Part shown: positions 11,421-23,366 of the stretch, in pieces
Position numbering within the stretch: position 1 is the first letter of the stretch
Layout of the letters: the number at the start of each line of letters is the position of its first letter
Assembly (NCBI GenBank): GCA_000708835.1
Contig: DF237290.1
Coordinates: forward strand, 1-64,000
Length of the DNA: 64,000 bases
Reading direction: 5' to 3'
From: Klebsormidium nitens
Taxonomy: Eukaryota; Plantae; Klebsormidiophyceae
Translations under genes and position numbers: made by a program
The notes under the pieces: model-generated
What the model saw: the letters and a program-made list of their open reading frames with translations, nothing else
Databases searched by the model: none
What the model was told of the DNA's origin: nothing

Positions 11421-14400
11421 ATGGCTCTGGGAACTGTGGCTGCCCATGGGGCGTCGTTTGCTGCCCTGCCAGCATCATTGCGCACTTTGCAGAGGGCCGC
11501 TATTCCATTCTCATCTGCCCTTCTTTTGCACCCTCCCATAGTTCTACCAATTCTTTTGAATTCCACTGGGCCGGTGATGGGGCTGCAGAGCACGATTGCA
11601 AATCACACCAAGCCTCTTGTCTTCCAGCCCCTTACAACCTTTCAGGGCAATGACATCTTGCGTTCTGGTTCTTTTCATTCTTTGGATCCGATGAGGGCTC
11701 TTCACACTGTTCTTTCCGAAACAGCATCGCCAGGTGCGTTGAATCACAAGCTAGTGGCGCACGCAGTCAGTGCTGCCAGCAGTCCACAGCAGGCCCTGGC
11801 AAAGTCCAAAAAGGGGAAGAAAGCCAAAAAGCAGAGCGCTGTTGCTAAAAAACCAGCAAGCGTCAGTACTTCCATAGACACCGACAGTCAACTTGGACAG
11901 AGTGAAGCCTCTGAGCCCAGCACCAGTAACAGCGATGAGTTCCCCACTTCCACTGCTGCCAGTGATGACATCATCACTGATATCAGCAACCAAACAAGCT
12001 CTGAAACTCCCCCTGACACTCCTTCCAGTTCAACACCCCACGAACCCTCTGCGCTTGCTAGGCTGTGCGGCAGAAGCGTTCCTGATTGGCTGATAAGAAG
12101 GGCGGAAGACCTGGGGTACGGGACGCCCACCGGGGCCCAAACAGAGGCGCTTCCGCTAGCTCTGCAGGGGCGGGACTGCGTCATTCATGCTCAGACGGGG
12201 TCCGGGAAAACGCTGACTTATCTGCTACCTGTGCTGTCGGGTATAGACCCGAAGCGATCGTCGGTGCAGGCGATTGTGGTGGTGCCGACCCGGGAGCTGG
12301 GGATACAAGTAAATACTGACCGCCAGCGGATGACGTTTTGCAAACTGGGGAGTGGAGGTTTCGCATCCCGGTTCTTTGTTGTGCCAATCAGAGAGTTAAG
12401 GTTAGCGCTAGAGCGTGACATTTGAATATCAAAAGTCGTCCGGACCCATTGAGATTTTTAGGGGAGGCTTTCTAGGGTGACTTCAACAGGGGGTCCTGAG
12501 TAAACAATCACTGGAGGACGCCAGTTACCACCAAACAGAGTTTATGAAACATACTCAGGTCTCCAGTGGTAATTCCTTTGAATCATCTGGTTGAGCGTAA
12601 CGACGTTTGTTGATGTGGATTCTGAGCCGAACTTGGAAAAGACCTCGAGCCGGTGTCTACCTGGGACCCAGCAAGCCAGTCCTTCACAGGCGTCTTGTCT
12701 TGATTCTGTTGCTTTTTAGCACTGATCCAGTCTTTTGGTGACAGGTGGCGCGCGTAGCCCGCCAGCTGGCGGGCAAAGGCAAGGACCAGGTGGCGGACGA
12801 GGAGGCTGCTAACACGAAGAAGCTCAAGTCCGGAAAGATCCAGGTCATGGCATTGTTGGACGGCGCAGGGGGCAATCGGCAAAAGATCTGGCTCAAGGTG
12901 GGGCCCGTCTCTTAATCTCTTCGGGACTTCCCAGCCAATTTGTTCAGAAGGAATAGGAGATTCGTCTCGGTCGGAATGTGAGACAATGTGTATCACAATG
13001 CGCACCTCTTTCATGGGCGAAGGAGCAAGCGACTCAATGTAGGGATAGAATTGCTCATTGGAGTCTACTTGTGGTGAAAGCACTTCTTCGGTTGTTCTGA
13101 TAACTCCGTTTATATTGTATTCTACGGGCTACGAGCACTTCGCGACTTGTTAGGTTCTGGCCGTGCGCTAGTTTGTCTTGAAAGGCAGCCCTTATCTGCT
13201 AGGAATCATGTTCATGGAAGGCCCCTTTCCTGACTTTACAGATCTGTTGCATGGGAGCTTTTGTGGGGTTGGGAACCACAACTTATTTTGGTGCTGGCCA
13301 TCTTCTGTCAAACTTTGCGAAGGCTTTGCAAGTATATCTTGACAAGGGATCCACGGGCATGCGATTCCTGCGCATGATGTAAATGGTTTTTTTCCTCAAT
13401 CCGGTCATTCATGCCTTCGAATTTTCTGAGCCCATCCCGCTTGATGGGCATAGACAGCTCCAAAGTGGCGACATTGTTCAGCTCAAAAAATTTCATATGA
13501 AACATCTAAGCGGGACAGCGTCCGGATCTCGGTGAAGAGACAGATTCTGAATTTCGATGAAGAGACATACATCAGATCCAAGCTGGTAGACTTTTATGTA
13601 CCACAGGCGGACCCCCCTCACCTAGTTGTTGGAACCCCCGACCGGATCCACAAGATGATTGAGTACAGGAACCTGCGCACGAACGGGCTCAAGTTCATTG
13701 TCGTTGACGAGGTAAGACTGACTCTTCCTGTCCTTTCCGCTGGACGTTCTCCTCCCAGAATTGTCTCCCAGTTAGGAGCAGAACTTCTCTCCATCAAGGT
13801 GTCAGCATTTCTTGAGTGACGTCCGCCCCTCCCTTCCCTGCGTTGACGCGAGAGCTGCTTCGAGGTGCATTGCAAAGTTTGACAGGTTGCTGAATTAGCC
13901 AGCAGCGGTCATGCCACCTTGTGCTGATCTGTCTGCTTCCGACAGCTCCCTTCCCAGCAATTTTACCGTATGAACTGATGCGACCCGACTCGACGGGCAG
14001 CCCGGACAAGCTGCCAACGGTTGATTACACTTCGCAGGTTGCCTGCTCTGCTGACGTCAATATTCCGCTAACGGCGCCCGTTTTTCTAAACTGCAGTTTG
14101 ATGCGTATCCTGCCGCAACGCGTACGACGGGCAGCCTGAACAAGCTGCTGACGGTTGACAGCGAAGCCGGCGCGCGGCAGACCATCTTTGCGAGCGCAAC
14201 GGTGCCGCAGCACAACCGGGCAGTCACGGAGCTGGTCAAGAACAAGTGGGCGCGGGTGAGGGCGCGCGATCTTTTCAGATGACAATCTCCCCGTCAGCCC
14301 GTCAGTGACGTTCTGTTGAATGTAAACGCACTGGAATTACCGGTTTACAACGTTAACAGTTCTGCAAAAGCAGACAACAAAAGAAGCAGAACCTCTCCAG

Positions 14401-16883
14401 AATTGGTCACCCTCTTCTGCGTCCATCTCAAGCGGTGAATACTTGATTCTGAAACCCCCTTCTTGAGCATTCCCCGAGAAATATGTGGACAAGCCAGCCT
14501 AAACTGCCTCCGTTCAAGTTGCTCACCGCGATTGTATCACGAGCCCCCTGCTAATCGAGCTTGTGCAGCAGAATTTAGTCCCTGCAGAGAACCCGAGGTT
14601 TGACAGACTAACCCAGTTCAAGATACTCTGTGCAGAACGACTTGGTGCACGTCCACGTCGATCCCATTCAGCACGTGCCCAAGTTTCTGGATCACCGGTA
14701 TCTGGTGAGCGGGCTCAAACATTGGCTTAGTTCCATCTGGTTTCTTCAGTGTGGTTGAGTTTGAGAGACAGAGAAATTTGTTTCTATCCTCTCGGGCTCC
14801 TATTCCTTGAGAACCCGCAGACCAACCCGTTACAATTTTTAATGGACTGACTTCTGGCTGACGGACGGTTAACGCTTACGTCGCCAAAAGGCTTTCTTAC
14901 CCCAGCATAAGACAAAGATTGAAGGTTACCTGACAGAACTTTCAGCTCGTAAGGGTCAGCGCAATCACGGCGTAATACTTTTGAGGCATTTGCTTGAATA
15001 TCGGTAAGGTCCCCGGGATTGAACATCTGAAGCTTACAAGACAGGCCAACCGGCAATTTGACGGATAAGAGTCAAGACGGCAGAAGCTTTTGGCTTGTCG
15101 CCAAGAGAACACCCTATTTTTGATTCGATGTAGGTGTGCGAGGGCGACGACAAAATCAAGTCGCTGCAGAAATTGGTCGAGCGGGACCAACCATCTGCTG
15201 CCATCATCTTTGCGCACGACCTCGTGAGTCCCTTCCGATACTCTGACTGTATTGTCCTCACTGTAGCTGAAGTTTGCAAGATTTGAAAGGAGAAAGGAGC
15301 CGGTTTGTCCCTGCGGAAATACCTTGGTATGCTGTCAATCTCGGGTTCGAGTATGATGAGGCTTGGTTGAGCCTGGCAAATCAAGGGGAACCCTCTTGCG
15401 GTTTAGTAACTTGCCCTGCTTCCACGTCACTCGGGTAAGCTTCAGTTTCGATCCTCATGTTGCAAGCTCTTTGCAGCCGGTCGAATACCTTCGGTGAGTC
15501 AACGTGACCGCTCTGGGATTCTGTGGGCGAGAATATCGTAAGACAAAGAGATTGTGAAGCCGTATAGTTGTCTTTGTGACGACGATTCTTTGGGTTCACC
15601 GTCTCCTGCCTTGACACTTTCAGCTCCATTATCAAGTGCACAAAAATCCCTCTTGTAAAGAATTGTCAGTTCAGATTTCGAGCAAATAATCTCTGCTTTT
15701 TTGACGTGTCTGCTGACTGATCTATTAAGGAGCGCAACAAGCGCACTGGCGAGAGCTTTTCGGTGGGGGCCATGGTGGAGGCGCTGGGCGCGGGGTAGTT
15801 CCCTGCGATTTACCGCTTTAGCTGCCATAACTTTCTCGTGATGAGATGCTGACGTCATGTTTGTCGACAGACGGAACCGAACAAGCGCACAGGCGAGACC
15901 CCCTCGTGGAGGGGGTCGCGGAGGCGCCGAGGAAGGGACTTCGCTGCTGAATCAGCGTCATCTTTTCATGTTCCTTCTGGTTGCTGACATCACTTTTCTC
16001 GACAGACGGAGCGCAACAAGCGCACGGGCGAGACCCCCTCGGTGGAGGCCGTCGCGGAGGCGCTGAGCGAGGGGCAGCCCGAGGCCCTCCAGCCTCTGCT
16101 CCTGCAGGAGAACGCGCGCGTGCAGAAGCGCGCGAGCATTGTGCAGGTGCGCGCTCTTCTTTCCGTCCAACGTGTCTCGCTGTTCCGACCGACCTCTGAA
16201 TCCATTTCTTCCGCCCGGTCCCCGTGAAGTAATGCCTTCTGCTGGGGGTTTTGTTTCAACAGTTACGCTGAATGCAATGAAAGATGGCGTGCAGGAATGC
16301 ACACGCGCAGCTCAGTTTCCAGTTTTTACCGACTTAGTATTCCGGTGCGATGAGCGGCTGGCCGTAAGCGGATGCAAAAGGGACGCGAGCATGGTGAATT
16401 ACAAAAAGCTTTCTGCGCCGCTTCTGGCTTGGACGCTTCCATCTGTCCTTTCCTTGACCCATTTCGCTGGGTTGGCCCTCTTGTTGGCAAAATACCATTC
16501 CCTTACAGAATCTACTTGCATCGACTGGAGACTTTGAGCCGGGTGTCGGAAAGCAAGGCCATAAGCGGCCGGGGTGTCCCTGGAAAAGTGTGCTCTAAAG
16601 GCAACATTCGCTGCAGGAGTTTCGAGAAGGCAATCGACGGCTGCTGGTAGCCACCGACCTGGCCGCCCGGGGCCTCGACCTCCCGGAGGTCAGCCACGTG
16701 TACAATTTTGATTTGCCGCTGGACGCCACATCATACGTACATAGGGCCGGTAGAACTGCACGGAAGCCCATTGCTGGGACGAAAGGAACAGTCACGTGCC
16801 TAGTGTCCTCGAAAGAGGTCTTTGCCCTGAAGCGGCTGCTAAATGCTATACGAGTAGAGGGGGAGGAAATCGATGACACGTAA
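11421..16883 (+). CDS. RH58: DEAD-box ATP-dependent RNA helicase 58-like, plastid-targeted (623 aa)
   Basis: Exons 11421..12308, 12745..12897, 13607..13711, 14097..14255, 14636..14704, 15134..15223, 16006..16146, 16617..16883, all phase 0. Motifs: Q (PTGAQ), [53 protein letters not shown] and the C-terminus match plant RH58. Ser/Ala-rich transit peptide. Confidence 0.9.
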
Positions 16884-17919
16884 GGCCGCCAAGAGGAGGT
16901 GAAGTGAGCGAACGTGCTTCAAGCAACGATGCCGAATCGCCAAAGCCGAGAAAGCTAGCATGTTCGGTTAGATTGGATGTTCGCCCGCACTTAAATTGTG
17001 GAACAAGATTGTTCCTTTGCGCATTTGCAGTGTGGCACTGCAGCCAGCAATGCTTTGGTTTTTTTGACACACTCCAATGTCGGTGGCCGCAGGACTTATT
17101 GAACCTTTCGATTCCCGTCCTTTCATTGTCGTGGGTGCGCTTCTTCCTGCGCAAGACTTCTCATGGTCAAAAGGCTTGCGACGAGGGGTCGGTCTTCGTT
17201 TGCGCCGCGTACAATGATCCATTTTGTATCCACTCATATCACTTCATCTGGCCAGAGTCGATACTGTGTGGTGATCAGGAGAACATCATGCAAGCATGCG
17301 CGAATGCTTGCGCACATTCAGACAGCAGAACCAGTGGACAACATAGCACGAGTGCTTTGGCAAAAAGGCTCAACGTACGCGGTTCACATGTTTCTGAGGC
17401 AACAGACATCGGTCGATACCAATTATCATGTGTCTTATACATTGGTCCAAGAGTAGCCACTAGTTGCTCTGTGGCAGCTCATCTTCCGTATTTGTGTCCC
17501 CGGAGCGCAATGCACTCCTTTAATTCGAGTCCACAGTAAACACACGCGGCGACGCACCCAGGTCCCAGACGGACCAAGCACCGACAATAGTATTTGCCCC
17601 GGTAGAGTCTAGACCGACTTCTATACCATACAAGGAGACCGGGTGAAGGGTCCGGGAATCCGAAAATCCAGTAGAGTCTGTAAGTTTGCAAGTCTCAACT
17701 CCCACGTGGCTGTCAAGACCCCGGTACCCTTCCACGCTAGTGAAGCAGTACGGTACCGCGGTCTCTATGACGCAGGGGTGACGCTTGCGGAACTGATCGA
17801 TCGGGACACGTGTAATGATCGCAACGGTGGTAAAAATCCCCGGGTGGATTCAAGTAGTGCCCGGGGTGTTGTCGGCAATTTTGGGTCAAACACCACAACC
17901 GACTGATCTTGGTGGGGTT

Positions 17920-17946
17920 GGTTTGGCGGTTTAGGGTGGGTTCGGG
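17920..17946 (+). repeat. G-rich telomere-like motif, copy 1
   Basis: GGTTTGGCGGTTTAGGGTGGGTTCGGG, nearly identical to 21914-21939. Confidence 0.7.
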
Positions 17947-18597
17947 CTGGCCCATGGCGGAACGCCTTAGGGTTCTTTAAATCCGGGTTACTGCTCTCAG
18001 TTTGTCCTTAGGGTTTTAGTGTTGTGTTACTTAACCAGTGACAGCGTCATCATCCGATCCGTTCAGCCGACGCCGCGGCAATCGGGGATGTCATCATGAA
18101 TGATGGATAGAGTAACTGAAAGCCGGCATATGGAAAGTAGGTGTGCCACGTGGACTTAAGCTGCCGTTAACGCTGCCAGGTGGCAGGACCGAGGATGCGT
18201 GAGCAACTCCTGCCACCTGGCAATTTGTCCAGCTGGCAAACCAATAAGGAACCCATATGCCAGATTCTGATTCTGATTCTGTTCTGAAGCCCTGTCTACC
18301 TGGACTCAGAGTCAGAGGCTTCGTCTCCCATTGTGGCGCTTCGTAGGCTGGAGCACAAGTTTTAGGCGCCTGCAAGTTCTCTTTGCGGAAGTCTCTTTTC
18401 CATTCCCTGTCCATTGGAGGCAAGCTTCTCCAGTCCAGCTGCCGGCCGCCCGTAGCTAGCTGAGAAGATTGTGGATCAGCCAAGGAAGTTGTAGTGCTTT
18501 AATCGGAATCATTTATTTGGCTGTTCTTATCTGCATCGAAGAGTTGAAGTTGTTTTCGTTCCGCAGCTTCGTACTTGGTGAGTACTTCACATTTCCC

Positions 18598-21295
18598 ATG
18601 GCTGATCCAGGTGACGTTGAAGCTAAGAAGAAGCCTGTAGGTAGGACAGACAGTATGACGGGGAAACGACTGAGACTGAGCCAGAGGACACCCAAGACGG
18701 CAGCAGACCCTGAGGTGTTGCAGGTCGTGGAGAAGTTCGTTGAGAAAAGCGGGAGCCAGTTGGCAAACGGGTGGAAGCTGGGGAAGCAGCTGGGAAGGGG
18801 AAACCAAGGAGCGGTGTATCTGCTGGAAGATGAGGATGGGAACGGTGCAGGTGAGGTCTGAGCTGGCCAAGATTGCTGATCTACAACTTGGAGTCTGGTG
18901 GCAGCTGGTCTTAAAACCTCTCAGTTGTCTCAGTTGACATGAACAAAAGCTCTTGAGGTTGGACACATGGCTGACTTGAAGTTAGCAAGGCTGCAGCCAC
19001 ACTCTATTTAAAAAGGCCTCCATAGAAATTGGCTTTGAGCAAGTGCCGGACGCATCGAAGGATAAATCCTCTTTCATTGATCTGGGCGACTGAAGCTTGC
19101 AACATCAACGCAAATCGGAAGTTATTCCCCTGCTTTACAAAGGTGTATTTTGCTAAGAGGGCCTTCCAAGAAAGTGCAGGATGTCCTGTTGAAGTCAGTG
19201 ACAATTGAGCTCGACTTAGCAATGGCAGGAGGGGCTCCTCTTTCAGGGGCCCAGTTCGAGTGACAGGGCTTAAGTAATCACTCTTTCTTGCATTGTTAGA
19301 AAACCATATTTTCAACAACACATCACATTTTTTACAGGCCGGGTTCTGAAGTTGGTCTGGAACAAGACAAAAGCTGCGATTGTGGGAGGTTTTGTTCTGA
19401 TGGAAAGAGAGTGGGCCATCGGCAGGAGACTGAACTTGCTCAATGAAGAAGATGGCTTCCTTGAAGGCTTCACACAGACCGGCTCCAAGATCCTTGACAA
19501 GGACGGGTCCTTCCTGGGAACTGTGTTGGAGAAGCTGAACGGGAAGGGCGCTAAGAACAGACTAGAAGACCCCAAGTTCAATGACATCGACTACATACTT
19601 GAGATGATGACAGAGGTAAAGCGGCTGCCTGAGTGTGGCGTTCGTTCCAGACCCTTCACTAAACTGCCTTCTTAAGTGCGCCTTCTTACTTTTCGAGTGC
19701 TTGTGAGCTTCCAGTATCTAGGAACAGTCTCAATTGTAGGCTGTCTTGTAACATGCTTTCCCATTTTTGCAAGGATACCTACTGCCTTCTGACACTGCGC
19801 ACTCTGAAGCTTTTTGCCTTGTAAGAAGAGAAAAAGCAGATTAACTCCTTGTGTCTGCAGGTTCTGAGGGCCCTTGACCGAGCCAGGTCGACCATTGGCT
19901 TCAGGCATGGGGATATGCATATTCGGAATGTAATGGAGCACAGGGTTGAGGAAGAGAGCGGGGGCCCTGAGTTGGAGACTGACAAGGTCTCTTTCAGAGT
20001 CAGGTGAGCAGCAAGGAGGAGCATGCTGGGTCTACAAAGCAGTTTGAGGCAAAGGCTAGGGTTCGATTTCAGGTTGCTCTACAAGACAGCTTGCTGCTGA
20101 CAGAAAATGTGCCAATGGTGTGAGGCGCATCTTCCACAGAGGAGGATACGGAACTGAGCTTGCAGCTGGAGGAACTACAACTGGTATGAGGCATGCCACT
20201 CGCGTGCATTTCAACTGTGGTTTACCTGTCTTCTTGGATGGGCAACTCTATTTTGCCTGTGTCTCGTAGCTGCGACGGTTCTGAAAAGCTGTCCGCGCTG
20301 TTCATTGGAAAAAGTTTTGTTCCTCAAAAGGGCAGGTATAAGTTGGCTTCATCACCGAGTATGCCCTGCACAAGATTCTTTCTTAAATTACGGTTTGAAC
20401 TGTGTCAGGCGGACTGCTTTTTGTCTCTTTACGTTTGAGGCCACTTTCCACCCGCGCTGCTTACACTTCTTGAGTTCCCGTGAACAGAGTCAACCTGCGA
20501 GGCCTCCACTTCAAGATCATCGACCTTGGCCATGCCGAAATCATTGAGGACCAAGCCGATGACTATGAGAAGATAGTAAAGAAAATGGAAGCAGACCCGC
20601 CGGAGTTGCCAAAGCTGAGTCCCGAGAAGGTGTACAGGTGTGGCCTCCCTCCACGTTCACTCGAAGCTCCGAAGCAGCAAGGCTCTAAAACTTCATCTAG
20701 GAATAACTTGTGCTTTTAACGTCCCTCTGTTTCAGGCACCTGAAGTAGACTCACGAGCAGTGTCTTACTCAGGCACACGTCCTCTTCCTCCCTTCAGTAC
20801 TTTTGCGCCCTTTTCTTAAGAAGGTAATTGAGACATGCTCTCTGGAAAGACGAAGCTTCAGCAAAGCAAAGCGAGCACAAGAGTTGCATCGCTTCCGTGC
20901 CCTGTCTATATATGTTAGTGTTGCTCCGTACTGTCTGGAAATGCAGTCTGAGACGGGTAAACCGTCCGTCGTACAGGGCAGCCTTTGTCAACCGGGATGA
21001 CGTCTGGCGCTTCGTTCGATCCGTCAGCCAGTACCTTGGAGTGCGGGTATGGCACGAGGAGGACAAGCTGAAAGTACAGCTGCTGCTGTCGATCATCAAG
21101 GAAATAACAGGTGCGACGGCTTTCAAGTTGCGTTTCAGAGGACGGGAACTTTTCCGTCGATGTGCACCGTTGTTGCAAGCACCTCTCCCGAGGTCGGTAC
21201 TAGACAAAGGACGCAGCAGCATCTTAGTGCGTATGCCGGACTTGCGTTTGCAGGCCTATCACTTGGTCGAGTCTTGCTTTGAAGAACTTCGATAG
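18598..21295 (+). CDS. Atypical Ser/Thr protein kinase (411 aa)
   Basis: Exons 18598..18850, 19338..19615, 19861..20003, 20104..20183, 20475..20637, 20977..21295 join in frame (1236 nt). Motifs: LGRGNQGAVY, RVLK, MERE, HGDMHIRN, IIDLG, SPE, DDVW. Confidence 0.8.
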
Positions 21296-21913
21296 CCAAA
21301 TATTTACGCACTGTCAAACTTACCTCAAATAATGTGATTCCGCGCAGGGAACATTCACCGGGCCCACTTTGCGATGTCGAACAAGGCTGGAGAGGCAAAG
21401 AGGACCAGCTGTGAGAAGGCAATGTCGGTTGGGGGCACATGCTTCACTTTCAAGTGGTTCAACGTAAAGTGAGTCTGTCAGCGTGCTCGCTTTCTGTTTC
21501 GAGTATTCGCCTCGGAAGACGCACTCTTTAGTTCAAGGTGCCTTGCTGTCACCTACGCTCTTTGTCTTCCCACAAGAGCATTCATCTTGGCAGGCACAAG
21601 CATCGTAACGTGGACGTGCATATGATACTCTTTACTACTTTCCGGCTTTGCATTTCAAGCAATTTCGTCAAAAGACAGGCTTGCGCAGAGTACGGCCCCC
21701 GAAACATACAAGCAGCAATATTAACAATTGACTCTCGTGTTCCCTTGATCACACCTTCTAAATTGCAGACGCTTTTCTCTGCCTTTCTTGGTTCTGGATT
21801 GCTAACCCTGCGTCTTGCGAGAGTATAGAGGTTGGTCGGTCGATCGAGTTTCACTCTGGTAACTCCCATTTCACTTAAGAGCCATTTCACTTAGGACAGG
21901 CGCCCGTAGGTTT

Positions 21914-21939
21914 GGTTTGGTGGTTAGGGTGGGTTCGGG
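21914..21939 (+). repeat. G-rich telomere-like motif, copy 2
   Basis: GGTTTGGTGGTTAGGGTGGGTTCGGG; one substitution and one gap relative to 17920-17946. Confidence 0.7.
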
Positions 21940-23366
21940 AGCGGAGCGGGTGATTCCATCGGTTAGGTTTTTTAGTTTGTTTGCCCGGGTAGCTCGGAAT
22001 CTAAGTGAAATGGCTCGTAAGTTAGAACGGGATTTATCATTATTCGAGAATCTCTGCAATCCAACAGTTTTGGCTGGGCTTTTGCAGCATCCATGCGTAC
22101 TTCTTTCCCGGGCGTCCTACAATCACGCCAAGGGAGGCCCTGGATTTCATTGAGAAACGGAAGAAAGAGCTCGGGTTGACAGACCGGGAACTCCACGTCA
22201 GCAAACAGGTCTGAGACGGGTGACTCCGCAGAAAGTTGCGTGTACAATAAACCGGTCTGACCGATGAACTGCCAAACCTGGGTTGTCACATGGAAGGAAA
22301 CGTCCTATACTGACTACCGCCTTATAGATTAGTGAGCGATACCCCATCACCAATCTGCTTGACCGACTGCCTGGCAAAGTAAGCCTTTTATATATTGCTT
22401 TACTTTAGTTAGTTATGATCGGACTAAGTGCTAACTTAAGTGACTACTTCATCACGAGTTGGCTTATATACTATAGGACGTAGTTGTAGTGAGGGCCGGC
22501 GAGCGGAACGATGCAACGCGCGCTCAAGTTGAAATTTGAGATACTTAGATTGACAAATGCGAGTAATTAATCAACGTATATTTAATATATGAACAGCGCG
22601 TTATGAACGTACATACAAATCTAACTAGGCAAATCAACTTTTGTTGAACTGACAATTCGGATCGTCCGAATTCGCCGGCCCCCCCACATGTGACAGGCCC
22701 GCGCCTAGCAAGGACTGTTTTTCCGTTACTGTTTCCAAGCTGACGCGCTCTAAGTTCTCCTTTGCTCATGACAAAGTACATGGGATTCATTGGCAACCGC
22801 CCTGAATTATAGGGCCATATCAAAGAATACCATGCTCGACAATTGACTCGACTGGATCATTTCAATATGTGCATACCACGTGCTTGCAAATACATAGCTT
22901 TGGTTCGAATTTAAGCTACCTCTATACCGAGCTTCTTCCGATTTACCTTCCCCATCGATCAGTTCAACGTCACCGTCTGCTTGCAGTGTCCCTAAGCATC
23001 ACCTCTTCCAAACCGCAGGCCGAACCAGAATTCTCAGTGCGTTCTAGCCCGAGGCCTTCTAAATCTTCAATATGAAGTTTGCTCTAACTCCTAGACGCCT
23101 GGTTGCTCTCCACTCAACACTGATCGACTGAAAAGCTGTCGAGCTCCGCTCTTGATTCTGTAGCTAATTACGAACTTTGATTATCACCCAACACGTCCGA
23201 TTGTTAACCTGTTAACTGAGTGCTTAAAGAAACAGGTCTATCCACCGCCTCTGAGAGCACTCGCAAAGAGCGCTCTAAAAATGAGCAGATTGATTCCCAA
23301 CCCCACCATCCGCCCTTCAAAAGTCCTCGAAAGCGAACCGATTATTTATCTGCTTCGTCCCCTTTC

